NCBI GenBank assembly: GCA_964016885.1
Contig: OZ024749.1
Coordinates: forward strand, 4,960,001-5,024,000
Direction of reading: 5' to 3'
Length of the DNA stretch: 64,000 bases
Source: Eledone cirrhosa
Taxonomy: Eukaryota
Each line of letters starts with the position of its first letter. The first letter of the stretch is position 1. This document shows positions 13,710 through 27,200 of the stretch, in pieces. Under the pieces are notes generated by a model. That model saw nothing but the letters and a program-made list of their open reading frames with translations. It made no database searches and was not told the DNA's origin. The translations under genes and the position numbers were made by a program.

Positions 13710-16700
13710 GTGTGTGGGGGGGGGGTATGTGTGTGTGTCTGTGTGTGTGTGTATGTGCGTGTTTATCCCCGAGCAAAATGGTTGGGTAACAGTCATGAGC
13801 TTGGCTGGTCACGATTGGGGATCCAGCCAGATCATCTGGAGGCGGTTGCTTCTGACAGGACCCGCTGGATGGAGTGTTTGACTAGTATACTCCTACGACC
13901 CTTCAGGAATAAGTAGGCGAAGAAGTAGACGAAGAAGAATGTGTATATATATATATATATATATAACAAAATAAGATGCAGAGGTTACATATATCGTTTA
14001 GTCATAATAATTATTACCACGGTTCTCCATGCAATCAAGATGTCCTTCATGCATTTGCTGTTGATTATGAGAACGGTATCCTCAGATGAAAATCGATATA
14101 TTTGATATGTCTCTGGCAGGAAAACACACATCCTAATGCGTCTGCGCCCAGCATATATAAATATATTCAGACATAGATACATGTATGGATTTTAGAATTA
14201 ATTAATTTAGTAGAGAGAAAGATATGACGTATTCCGAAACCCATGTAATAATTTGTTCTGGTGTAGTTCATAAGGAAAATCTGAAATTCCACAGATTTCA
14301 TTGCATAAATTATTACGTCTGTTCTGATGTTATGTTGTGTTATATGGCGGGATATCAAACGATATTGTTCACCATTAAGATAAAAAATGTCTTAGGAGAT
14401 ATAAATGAAATCATTCGTTCCGGTTAACTGCTCTCTGTTTTCTTGAACGACTTCTGTCAACTTTGTTCTTTATCCTTTGCAGGTGGATTGGTTAAATACA
14501 TGTCCAGTACTGGGTTACTTCATTCACTGACTTGATTTGTCACTCTTTAATTCATTATTTCTATCTCTTTAACTCTCTCTCTCTCTCTCTATCTATATAT
14601 TAATCTATCTATCTCCCTGTTATGATATATATGTATATATATATATTTACTAGTTTCCTATGCCTGTATATTTGCATACAATGGACCACACTCCTTCTTG
14701 GAGAGAACAGAGCTTCTGTTTAAAATGGCCTAAGATATACTGTGTATCAGGCAGAACGGTGCCTCTTCAAGTACATCAGGAGTTTAGATTCCTTTCGTAA
14801 TTACATTGTACATGTGTATAAAAATATTTCCCAATAATTGAAACACTGGGTTCGATGCACTTACGTTTATATAAGAGGATTTATTTGACACCATAAAAAT
14901 TTGCTACGTTATCCCCTATCAATTACCTTATCCTTGGGTATCCTTTGGTAGAGTCTACTGTATTGTAATCATTCCTATCTCGTTCCGTATTTCAGAATGC
15001 TATGCTCCCTACGTTCCAGCACTATTTCGTATTCCCTGAAAGTATTTATGGACCCTGAGGTTACCCCCTTCATTAAACTATAAGAAAAATATTTGCTACA
15101 GGCACACAAGAACGTGATTGATAATTATTGCTTCGAACCCGGGATAAAAACGAGGAAAACAACGTGTTGAGATAAGGGGTAACTCATCATTTTTGGCAAA
15201 TGACTTCTGCCATAACCTTAGGTTTTGTGAGGTAAATTATCCTCATCTTCAGCTGTCACAGCATGTGGTGATACACGTTGAATGCAAGAGTATAAGATAG
15301 CTTAGAAAGTACTCACTACATAAAGTTGAGTTACATTGAATAGTCAAGTGTCCTTCGAGGTTATGAAAACGGAAACGGAAGCGAAAGGCAAGGGCTCTAG
15401 TGTCAATGAAGAATGAGGAAGGGGAATAGGGTGGCGGCCTCTGGACCTGGGGCGTGGTGGTAAACCATTCCCACGGACAATGACCAGTGACACCCACTGC
15501 AACAGCCATCCACCTCGTGGGGCTCCTTCCTCAAACGGGCCGCTGACGTTCCGATCTTGCAGAGCAGTTCGGCAGCACGGGGTCCAAGTACGTCTAAAGT
15601 CTTGACACCAGCTAAAGAAAGAATTACTTAAATGCTCTGTTACGGGTTTTATGACACAGTCCTGCTGGAGCAGCACAGAGCATATCTAAAGACAACAAAA
15701 ATATGAATGACTCATAGATATTGCATTATATCTACTCACTTAAAATAATGGACAATGTCGTCTTGGATATAGAGGATGACTCACTGCTCGCTACTAGAAT
15801 GTATTGTATATCAGATTGGCTGGACTAGAGTTTACCTGGGGAAAATGACCATAGTATTATCAACAACAATTGTAACGTAAGATATCTATTAGAAGTTAAA
15901 ATTATTTCCACGAGCATAGTGACATGTAAAAACGGGGAAATAAGTGAAAAAAGGGATATCGCTATTTGAATAACTACATTTTAATGATATTCTCCTGAAT
16001 CAATGTGAAGTGCATGTCGCATAGATTTTAGGCAACTACAATTGCGCAATTGATCAATTCCCTAGAATGTGGTAGATGTTTCTTATAAAGATCACATTAG
16101 CTGAAGTAATTATTTCAAAACGTTCATCTCTTGGGGCCCACTAGAAACTTCAAGTAAGTTTAATTTGTGAGATAATTCAAGGAACAAAAACAAAATAGGA
16201 AATTGAAGAGCTATCAAGTTGGAATGAAGTTTTGAATATCTCGAAAGTAAAATTCAGCATTAATGTTAGTGTGATCTAACTTATTTCCTGTCTTTCTTAT
16301 CAAAAGGAATTGTATCTGAAATTATTTCTATGTTTTCTGTATCGTCTTTACATATATTTCCTTGTGTCCTTTTGTTGTATTTCTTAACAGCTGAACTACT
16401 GAGTCCCTATAAAAAAATTGAAATCAAAAATCACATTTGAATTGGCAACATCTCAAACATAACATCATATTGTCTCTGTTTTATCAACTATCTTGGAAGG
16501 TCTCCACAAAAAGGAATTATTACTTCCATCATGATCAATGGAAATTATTATATTAGCTTCGTATCGAAATCTTTAAGGAAGTTGACTGCATTAATTTTTC
16601 TTTTTTCTCATTTCATTGAAGAAATATCTATCATTTTGCGAGATAAGATGAGTTCTTAGTATATGAAACAATAATTTTTTAAAGATAATGCTGCGTACTT

Positions 16701-17109
16701 TTATAGTAGATTGACTTTGCCTTGTCAGATAATGTTGGAAAGAGACCCAAAGTTCAAGAAAAGTGATATAAATATGTTAAGCTGCGCAATTGAAAATGAA
16801 AATATAAAGGTCACGTGCACATCGCTTTGAAAATGCAGTATTACCACAACTGCTAAAGATGCATCGTATGTTATTACCGTTTCTGACAAGCATCGAAATA
16901 TGGAGTTCTATATATTCTGTTTTCATATGTTGATAAAAAAGCTTGGTTATATGGAAATGCCTCGTTCGTTGAAGAGCAGTTAAAACAGCACGAGGACCAG
17001 GTGTTTCTGGTTGATTCATTCAAGACACGTGATTGAAGAGTAAAATACAAACATGCATACATGCATACATGCATACCTGCATACATACATACCTGTATAC
17101 ATACATATA

Positions 17110-18245
17110 CGATGATGGCTGCCCCCTCGTTGTTGAGTATGGCCATTGCACGAAAAAAAAACAACACATTAATAACAACAATAACGAAAAAAATAATAAT
17201 AATGAAAAAAATATACATACATACACACACACACACACACATCTATATATACATATACACATACACACACACACACACACATATATCTATATATACATGT
17301 ACACATATACACACACACGCACACAATAACAACGGTGCTGCGATCGAATGTGGCATTTTAGCCCAGGCAATGATCTAAAATGTCTTGCACAGAGTTGGCA
17401 ACCAAAACATTCATTGCGAATAGACGGCTGTGGTTGGGGTTCATGTACTTTTGTATGTCGTTTGAGCCCTCCTGCTGATCTACACTCTCTACCACATGTT
17501 TGGCAAGCATGATGAGTAGCATTTCTGACAGCAGCCTGGTAGTCAACCACTGGCCTTACTTTATGACTGCGAAGATAACTTTCGAGTCCGGCTTTGCTGA
17601 AGCAGAGTCTCGCACAGACGCTGCATGTCAGCGCCATAGGAGGACCCGCGCCGTCCGGAAGTGCAACAGCAATGCCCTTCCTCACATCCCTTTTTACTTT
17701 CTGGTATGCGATTCGAGATGCCTCAAAGGCAACTTTCCCCTCATATAGTCTTTTTCTACTTATTACGATCAGCAGCTACATTTTCCCCCGTATCAGCAAA
17801 GATGTTAGCGTCTTTCAAAGAGGCTTTCAAGGAATCCTTATACATCTTTTTTGGTTTATGTGGAGGCCGTTTTCCTTTAACTAACTCTCCATAAAAGAGT
17901 TGTTTTGGGATTCTAGGATCCTTCATCCTGGCAAGGTGACCACTCCAACGGAGTCTTTGCTTAAGCACAAGAGCTTCTATACTGTCACACATAGAGCTTT
18001 CCAAAATCTCGACATCACTGACGTGGTTCCTCCAGTGAACGCCATAGATCCGTCTGAGACACATCTGATGGAAACGCTCCAATTGTTTAAGGTAGTGTTG
18101 ATATATGACCCATGTCTCGCAGGCATAAAGAAGAGAAGAAAGTACATATGCCTTATACACCGTTACCTTTGTCTTCTTACATATGTATCGCCGACCCCAG
18201 AGGCGCCTTTCTAACTTTCCGAAAGCATCACTTGCTTTCCTAATC
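17110..18245 (-). mobile_element. RTE-clade LINE 3' part with three C-terminal C2H2 fingers, in (CATA)n
   Basis: LLYACETW..RFHQMCLRRI..RLRWSGHLARM..RIPKQLFYGEL; CSVC..H, CQTC..HTKVH, CQLC..HIRSQH; 3' end at 17110-17160. Confidence 0.92.
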
Positions 18246-18548
18246 CATACATACATACATGCGTGCATGGACACATGCATGCATACATAAACACCTACAT
18301 GTATGCATACATACATACTTATAGTATCTTTAACTGCATATATACATACACGTTTAGAGATGGAAATATGTGCATATACATATATTTCAAAACATACTGA
18401 GCTCCACAGGAAATGACACCTATACCTGCGCTGCTGCACATATACAGTTAGATATACACATTTGCCTCATTGATATTACATAAATGTTAAGGGTAGATCC
18501 CACTATCTGGAGTAGTACTTGCTCTCTCTATCTATCTCCCTCTCTCCC

Positions 18549-18621
<73 letters not shown>

Positions 18622-18779
18622 GAGAGGGAGAGAGAGAGAGATAATGTACGTATCGAGAGAGAGAAAAAAGGAGGGATAGGTGATACATGCAGTTATTTGC
18701 CAAATAGCGTATGCAGAAGGTACTCAATACTAGTGCCGGCAGTATTAAATATTAGAAGTGTTAATATTTAATGCGCGAG

Positions 18780-20792
18780 AGAATTAGCAGAGCGTAAGCA
18801 CGTGGAAAAGTAAGAAATAGGAGAACATACCGTTAATACATATTTATTTAAACCAGCAACTATGTACGTTTCGCCCGGATGGGCTTCTCAAGGGCATAAA
18901 TAACTAAAAGTGTTCCTTACATGGCCCGGAAAGTGTTTTTGGAGGTAAGTTCACGACAGAGTTCATTCTTCGCAAAAAAGTGTGTTATTTTGCAGTAGAT
19001 CAAGGGAGGTAACTCTGGCCAGTGTTAGGGCAGTCTTTCCCGTACAAATATTGTATCCGTTACAAGATGTGGTTACAACCTTACCATTGTCCATACGCAC
19101 AAGGTCAGGTAAGCAACATTTGTTTTGAGACTTTTGTTTTTCGGCACCTGCCCGCCTGGGTCATTTGAAACTGGGTCTGGGATGCATGGTTAGTTTCCGG
19201 ATGTTTTTGCAGCGTCTGCTCGCCGGGGTGTTAAAGCTTGTTGCAGGGAGACCCGGTATACGGTTTCACTCCTCATCCTTATACCATCTGAAGAAGGATA
19301 TTTTTTAAGCGATGTGTGCAGCTTATCGTCGTTTCAGCTCTGCTGTTGATGAGTTCGTGGGGTGCCGTTATGATGTGGTAGAGCTCCATAAGGTAAAGAT
19401 CGCACTTCCTCTTGAAGTTGTACGGTGCAACCCTGCCGACAATATCCCAGTGCGGGGAGAAGCTGATGTTTAAGACTTTTAATGATGTGATGTAGTCCGC
19501 GAGCGAAGTGGAGTGTTAATTTCTTATTTGTGAAAGAGTGGAGATGTGTTCGAAATCTAATTTTGAACGGGCCAGATTTAGCCCCTATATAATGTTTAAC
19601 GCTAGTGTGGATAGTTACAGTGCACCTATATATAACCCTATCAGTCAAACAGTATCCCCTAAGGGGGCAGCGTCCCTTGTCGCAGCAGTTGCAATTTCCG
19701 TCGCGGTACCTTCTAATTCCCACGGTAAGGCTAAATTATTGCTATCTACGTTGTTATCTACGCTCCCGCACCTGTCGTTAGCACCGTTCTAACCCACAGT
19801 GCGCGGGGGGGGGGTACCATTATTATTTCGCACGTCATGTCCTGCATGTTCCCTAGTCATGTCGCGGTTATGCTGGTTGCGTCTGTAGAGGCTGGTGCCA
19901 GCACTATTGGATGCTGCTAGGGAGTCGTTAAGGCCGATATAGTTATTGTCAGGTGTAGGTCCGTCTGTGCTAAGGTGCTGTGTCTTGGTGATCTTACTGT
20001 GATTAGTTGTTCCTATGATGTCTGCTAGGTTAGGAGTAGTAGAGAAGGATATTTTTATATTGTTCCTATTAAGGATTTCTCTATACCTATGGTTGGGCGG
20101 GAAGTTCTTCTCTAAGGCTTCGAAGAATATCCGGGGTATGTTGGAGGCCATACTCCGAGAGTAGGGGGGAGGAACCTTAGTACGTTACGGTGGCGATTAC
20201 GTGTTCTTGTACGTTTGCTACGGGTGGTTCCATCTAGGTGACCGTTCTTATGCATGTTAATGCGCTGTAGCCCGTTACGTGCCCCTTTCACGTTATGCTC
20301 AGGGGCACTCTTCTTCCTTCTTCTATGTTTATGTACAGGAAGATGTTGGTTGGAAGGGTTGGTAGTAGGCCGTCGCCTTTGTTGATTTTATAGTAGGGGA
20401 ATAATTCGAGTAGGCTACAGTGGTCACTGCCACCGGGGTCGTGATCTTTATTGTGTGCTAAGTTACCTATACCATCACCAGTGTAAGTAACGTTTCGGCC
20501 GTGTTCCTTAGTGCGATTATCTATACTTATTATATCCGACTCTTACGAAATCGCCGCGTGATCGGTTATAGTTATGGCTTACTATAACGTTCATCTTATG
20601 AGGGGGGGTTCTGGAGCTAGCGTTAGGGATGTAGGAAATTACTCGGTTAAGCCAGCGCTTATCAAGGCCCTATTATAGTAATCTGGCGCTTAGTTGAAGA
20701 TATCCTCATTGGCAGAGAGCTTCGAGATCCTATGTGAGATGCTATATAATATGGAGTTGAGAGTCTGCTTAGGGTGTTTGGAGGCATAATTA
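18780..20792 (-). mobile_element. Penelope-like element (Naiad-type), 5'-truncated pseudogene: RT thumb, linker and GIY-YIG endonuclease
   Basis: YASKHP..SISHRISKLSANEDIF; FPPNHRYREILNRNNIKISFS..PN; CNCCDKGRCPL (CxCx5C); VIY..YIG; after frameshift WDIV..CDLY..E..INSRAE..SCTHR. Confidence 0.9.
18860..18899 (-). ncRNA. Variant-core minimal hammerhead-like motif at Naiad 3' end
   Basis: rc TATG-cc-CTTGAGAA-GCCC atcc GGGC-GAAA-CG-TA-CATA. Confidence 0.65.
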
Positions 20793-21390
20793 ATAACAGA
20801 TGAAAGTTTAAGTAAAGAATCACTGCTTTCACCCTTAACGGGATCTTCTGAAACTAAAAAATTCAATCTGTGAGCGCAGAAGTAAATATTTCGAAAAACG
20901 TTGCAACTGAAGGAAGACAGGAAGACGATACTTTGGTTCATGAAGACGTTCCCAAGCTAAGAACGGAAAAAACGAAAATAATACGTCATTATTTGGAGCG
21001 GGGAAAACAATTAAACGCAAAAACAAAATCACGTTTGTGGTATAATGTAGCGATAGACTAAAATTCTATTTAAGAAACCGAACGATTGTCGGCTTCAGAG
21101 TTAAGAATAATGTCGAATTATCTTCGTTTTCTTTTCGTTCATTGTCAGGGAACGCCCCCACGAACCACCTATTAGAATATTAGTCTACAACATCATTTAT
21201 GCCATGAACGTGGTTTTGTCTTGTAAATGTTTTCAACGTTCCAAATAATGACGTATTATCTTCGTTTTTTTTTCTTTCTTTGCCACGGAACGTTTCATGA
21301 ACCAAAGTATCGTCTTACTCTCCTTCGGTTGCAACGTTTTTCGAAATATTTACTTGTGCGATCACAGATTGATATTTTTAGTTTCAGAAT
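20790..21390. mobile_element. Inverted pair of family C (R4-antisense-derived) segments
   Basis: 20845-21060 is the diverged reverse complement of 21180-21390; both homologous to 7320-7520. Confidence 0.8.
20805..20855 (-). ncRNA. Hammerhead-like motif with CAGAAGA core (family C)
   Basis: rc AGTTT-CAGAAGA-tCCC gttaa GGGt-GAAA-GCA..TAC-TT-AAACT. Confidence 0.5.
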
Positions 21391-21436
21391 TAGCCGTCGA
21401 AACAGCTTGAGCTCAGCCGTCGGTGTCCTAGTCGTT

Positions 21437-21582
<146 letters not shown>

Positions 21583-21637
21583 TGTGTGTATATATATATA
21601 TATCGGTGTATATTTATATATATATATATATATATCG

Positions 21638-21717
<80 letters not shown>

Positions 21718-21744
21718 TGTATATATATATATATATATATATAT

Positions 21745-22062
21745 CTAAGGCGGGTAAAATTCCCGAGATCCATGGACGAGTTCTCTCCAGCGGTCTCTGT
21801 CCCTCATTACAGCTGCCATATCCTGCATCTCCAACAGACCAGTGTCTGTCCTTAGGGCATCAACATATGTTAACCTTGGTCTTCCTCTTCTAGTGTGTCC
21901 ATGTAGGGGCTCCCAAAGGAGCACTGAGTGCAATGTCAACTCTGGATGTCGGTGAGCATGTCCAGCCAACCTCAATCTCCTCTGTGTCACTTTTGAGCTG
22001 ACTTTTGGGATGCTCCCATACAGCTCTGAGTTTTTCATCCTCAGTGTATACTGATTAATATA
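21745..22062 (-). mobile_element. RTE-like LINE 3' fragment (same family as 13033) in (TA)n
   Basis: [37 protein letters not shown]; stop codon abuts (TA)n. Confidence 0.9.
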
Positions 22063-22066
22063 TCGG

Positions 22067-22243
<177 letters not shown>

Positions 22244-22282
22244 GGGTATATATATATATACGTATATACCGGTGTATATACA

Positions 22283-22362
<80 letters not shown>

Positions 22363-22380
22363 TGTATATATATATATATA

Positions 22381-22446
<66 letters not shown>

Positions 22447-22888
22447 TATATGTGTGTATATATATGTATAGGTATATATATGTATGTGACTGTGCGTGTC
22501 TGTGTACGTGTTAGGCATAATAGACAGTATATTACATTACTCTTTGATTAACAGGAGACAGCTTGCATTCATATTCCAATATCTTCTCGCTCATGACATT
22601 ACAATTACTTTCATAATATTTTAGATTTATGTGTCATAATGTGTCATTCGCATTGCAAATACTATTGCCTACCTTATATACGTACAATAAGATTTCAAAT
22701 AAATCAAACAGATGAAAAAATTATAGGGTAAACTATGTACATTAACGATAATTTAAGTTGTAACAGTCAAATAGATACATTAACATTAGCTTCATTTGTC
22801 CTCTCCATTATACAATCGACTCGTTCTTTGCCACTAGAGTGTCATTATATTTATTTAACAGATCGGAAACAGATTTTGTTTGTCTTTC

Positions 22889-22921
<33 letters not shown>

Positions 22922-23139
22922 ATTTATATATATATATATGCATATGTATATATATATATATATATATATTACATTAAAAAGAAAGAAGAAACATTAGATA
23001 TAAATAAAAATATATAATATACCTAAATTCTTTCATTATCCTCGACTACGTAGTTACGTGGCTATTATGCAAACACATTACATCATAGAGATGCAGTATG
23101 TTTGTGAGGTATGCCGACTTATCAATTGGTTATATATAT

Positions 23140-23517
23140 ATAAAATAAAATCAAATAAAATAATTGAAATGTTTAAAATTTGTCTTCGTTTATTACTGGA
23201 TATGATTCCAGTTCCTCAGTGAAATAACGACCCAACCAGGAACTGGGCATATCAGAGTATTTACAAAGTTATACACCTCAACAACATGTGTACTCGTCTC
23301 TACCACACTAATTCGTACTGCCTGAAGAGGTCACAGCTAAAGATGGCTGTCACCGAAATATATATAGCAGTAATAAACGAAGCCAAATTTTAAACATTTG
23401 ACTTATTTTTTTAATTTTATTTTACATTATTCCGGAGTAACCAAACCAACCCGCGCACTTCGTCGAGTGCTCCAATCTGCATACTGAGGTATTAGTATAC
23501 AACCAACATATACTAAA

Positions 23518-23520
<3 letters not shown>
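23140..23520 (+). mobile_element. HHR cassette with short inverted 5' arm, in (TA)n
   Basis: 23140-23198 inverts 23368-23425; same family as 33705-34090. Confidence 0.78.
23316..23372 (+). ncRNA. Type-I hammerhead ribozyme (intact core)
   Basis: TACTGC-CTGAAGA-GGTcACAGC..GCTGTcACC-GAAA-TATATA-TA-GCAGTA. Confidence 0.9.
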
Positions 23521-23548
<28 letters not shown>

Positions 23549-23915
23549 CATATCTTTCTATATATTTATATATATATACATATATCATTTGCAGCTTTTT
23601 CTGATTTATTTGTAAATTTTAACTGCAGATCAGCTTTGATCTAGCGAATCTATGGTCATTCAATCTATGACTTGTATTTTTTTTTATCTTTGCTTTTCTC
23701 GAAACTCTTTTTTCCTATGACCACGTAGCTTAAACTGACGCACCTTTAACTCACTAGAGTGTCATTTGAACGAGATTTCACTTATAATCTTTGCATGTTG
23801 AGTATCTAATCAGTCGCCATATTGTATGGAATAAAACTGCACAGCGTCCGACAAAGTTTCTTTTTTTGTCTCTTTTGGTGTCACACGCCGAAAGCTAGAA
23901 AATATTCTCATTGTC

Positions 23916-24090
23916 AGTACCGGTAGAGGGTCGGACGCCATGATTTGCAACAACGAGTTACGGCCCCTTATGGTCTCAGTTCAAATCTTGCTGAGGTTAA
24001 CTTTGCCTTCCATCCTTACGGGGTCGATACAATAAAGTACCAGTAATACACTGGGATCATTGCTGGCCATCTGCCAAAAGTAGAAACAAG
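23916..24090 (+). mobile_element. tRNA-derived SINE family 1
   Basis: GTTCAAATC B box; GAGGTTAACTTTGCCTT(T)CATCCTTACGGGGTCGATA..AAAGTACCAG body. Confidence 0.85.
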
Positions 24091-24634
24091 AACAGCAATG
24101 TGTTCAGTTATGGTGAAACTACATCTAGCCAAGCTTTGTAGCTGACACTCTTGTGGACACAAGGACAACAATGTGTCCAGTTGTGGTGGATCCACATCTA
24201 GCCAAGCTTTGTAGATAACACCTTTGTGAGCACAAGAAATTACAACATAATATATTTTGATTTCGAAATAAATAGAGAGGACGTTACAGGTTCATTTACG
24301 TAAAATATTTGCGACTCAAATAATAATGCCGATATCTAGTCCCCTATAGAAAAATTCAAGATAGCAGGGCTTGTGCTGATGTAAAGAATCTATAGTCACG
24401 AGCGTTTTCAGGTTGTCAGTTAGGTTTCCAACTATCTGGTATGTTGGAGATTTGTCACTAGTTACATGTAGAGTGGAAATTGATTCGCCTGTTCGATACC
24501 TGAAGTGTCGGTCTTCAGAGAACCAGGATCCATGTGACATTATGATCATATCCTGGGTAGAGGGTGAGGCTCTATAAGATTGTGTGGTCCTCCTTGCTGA
24601 CGTTTCTGAGTGTGTGGAAGCGATTACACTAATC

Positions 24635-24735
24635 ATCACCCGGCGGCCTCAGCCGAAATCGACGTTGGTCTGTCGTTCATTGCCGTTGCTAAGTCTTGGA
24701 TTTCAATACCAGAATCTCTGAAGATGACATATGGA
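24635..24735 (-). mobile_element. Very short RTE-like LINE 3' remnant
   Basis: rc RDSGIEIQDLATAMNDR resembles DTGLLETQDMAAIMRDR. Confidence 0.5.
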
Positions 24736-24899
24736 TAGTAGAGATTGCGACACCTGTTATTAATGACTGATTGTGGTTTCCAAAGCACTAGTGGGGACAC
24801 AGCCTCAGATGTGGCATGGGGGCAGTGGCCAGCAAATCTTACGCTCCTTTTACGTACATAGAATACATAATTATCGATGGAGTTTATTTCTCAGTCCGA

Positions 24900-25062
24900 G
24901 CGGCGGTGAATTGGCAGAATCGCTAAATCCACGGATGACATTACATCCACGTTTGATTCCTGCTCTTTACCTTCTCAGTTCGAATCCTACCAATGGTCAA
25001 TCTTGCCATTCATCCTTTCAGTGTCGATAACTCAAATACCAGTTACGCACTGGGGTCGATTT
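24900..25062 (+). mobile_element. SINE family 1, old copy
   Basis: GGCGGTGAATTGGCAGAATCG head; GTTCGAATCC; degenerate body. Confidence 0.75.
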
Positions 25063-25209
25063 AACAAAACCACTCACATTATACAAACTAGCAGAAGCAC
25101 CGCCCTCGAGCGGTTTTCTGGTAGTCTTATGTAGTGTACATATTGGTATTATACGCAAATATATATACATATAGATATGATATGTCATTTGAAAAGTAAA
25201 TTGACAATA

Positions 25210-25732
25210 TCTTCTTCTTCATCCACTTATTTCTGAGAGGGCCGTAGGGGTGGGGGGAAGAGTCCTCCTCAAACACTACTTCCAGCGAGCCTGCCAGAAA
25301 CAAACATCTCTAACTGATCCAGCTGGATACTAAAGAGTGACAGCCAAGCTCATGGTTGTTATCCAACTATCTTGCTCAGGGTCTCTCTCTGTGTCTCCTA
25401 CCGGTTGGTTTTGCCTGTAAAATCTGTCCAGTGATTCTTTCCTAAGACATTCTAGTCACATGCCCATAGTATCGTAGCTGTGATCTCTCAATCCGGAGAA
25501 GTAGCGGTTCTACTTGCAGTGACTCTCTGGTCTCTGAGCTATGCACTTTATTGAGTAATGTTAATCCAAAATACCTTCGGAGGAACCCCATTTCGGCCGA
25601 TTGTATTTGCAATCGTAATCTTTCGGTCATTACCCAAGATTCATGATCCTAAGTAAGAGCAGGCAGGAATACCATTCACTCATGAATACTCCGAGATACT
25701 TGAACTTCTCGATCTGCTTCAGTGGAACTCTA
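25210..25732 (-). mobile_element. RTE-clade (Expander/Rex3-like) LINE 3' fragment
   Basis: EKFKYLG..HESWVMTERLRLQIQSAEMGFLRR..IERSQLRYYGHVTRM; (GAA)n tail. Confidence 0.88.
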
Positions 25733-25899
25733 TTCACATGTATATATATATATATATACATATGTATATACATTTAAGCGACGCCAGTCCATCACACGAT
25801 GTGTGTGTCTGTGTATGTGAGTGTTTTTGCTGATATATGTGTGTATAAAAGAAAGGAAGAGGGTACACACTTACATATGTCTCTAACTGAAAAACGTTG

Positions 25900-25945
<46 letters not shown>

Positions 25946-26255
25946 GACACACACATATATATATATATGCATACATCACTGTTTCAGAGCAACAATCCTA
26001 ATACTTAAATTTTGCTGGACCGGCATTCGCTCTGTATAATCACCGCCTGATTATTACTGGAATTCTATAAGAATCCAGCTTCTATAACTTTTCGGCGGAA
26101 GAGGGCAGTACATAGCTCTAATGAATGCCCAACAGCATGAAACAAACTGTTAGCTTCTCTGCCTTCTACTTTAAAAATGATAGCGTAAGGTCTTCAAAAT
26201 GTTTTAAAATAAATATACAGTATATTGCCAAATATACTATGCATACATTCATATA

Positions 26256-26316
<61 letters not shown>

Positions 26317-26623
26317 GTATATATCACATAGTCACTCTACCTATCTGTGTCTATCTCTCTCTCTCTTCACATGATAATTGAATTGGCGGTGGTGAAGATA
26401 TACCAGAAGCAGAAATTTGAAACTTTTAAACGAAGTGAATCTTGAAATAAGCATTTCATTAAAATAGTTTTGTTCAATCATGAGTTACGAAATTTAGTAG
26501 ATGAATTATATAATATTTATTCATAATTTTTTTCAAAGTAATCTAACTTATTTTACTAACAGAATAAAACAATATAAAAAAGGATACAGTCCCACACTCC
26601 TCCGTGTATTATATTTAAGATAT

Positions 26624-26812
26624 GGCCAGTGGATTGGCAGTATCGGTAGAGGGTCGGACGCCATGCTTTGACGCATAGAGTTACGGCCCTTGCCATTCTG
26701 AGTTCAAATCCCGCCGAGGTTAACTTTGCCTTTCATCCTTATGGGGTCGATAAAATAAAGTACCAGTAATACACTGGGTAATTGCTGGCCTTGTGCCAAA
26801 AGTAGAAACAAT
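26624..26812 (+). mobile_element. SINE family 1, near full length
   Basis: A box TGGCAGTATCGG, B box GAGTTCAAATCC; flanked by ATTATATTTAAGAT direct repeat (TSD). Confidence 0.92.
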
Positions 26813-27200
26813 TATATTTAAGATGTGGGTAAATTAGAAGGAATTATTATCACTATTGCTATTGATACTGCTATCTAAGTTCAAATCGCGCAACGACTGT
26901 CTTTCTTTCCTCTTCTTTTGAGATCAATGACATATTTACCATTTTAATAGCACTAGTCTTCAACAAAATCAAATATACAATCGAAAACGGTGCTTTTGCA
27001 TGACCAGAGTAGAATATCTAAACCCAATAATAGAACATATGAATAAAATAATTGATTTCGTTCTCATGTTCTAAATTTTTAATATTATTCATAGAATATA
27101 TCATTGGTGATTACAGATAATGCATACAAAATCTCTGATTAGCTTATATCCTTAACACCTCCCAGTCACAATGTTTGCGTATTATTATTTTTTAGATGTA

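Noticed and set aside
17287-17685. Host C2H2 zinc-finger gene
   Set aside because: Contiguous with an RTE RT C-terminus and repeated at 41905 and ~34860
19280-19723. Selenocysteine-type Naiad (UGA at conserved Cys, SECIS)
   Set aside because: CxCx5C and CxH positions are Cys codons and the CxxC change is Cys to Tyr; no UGA seen
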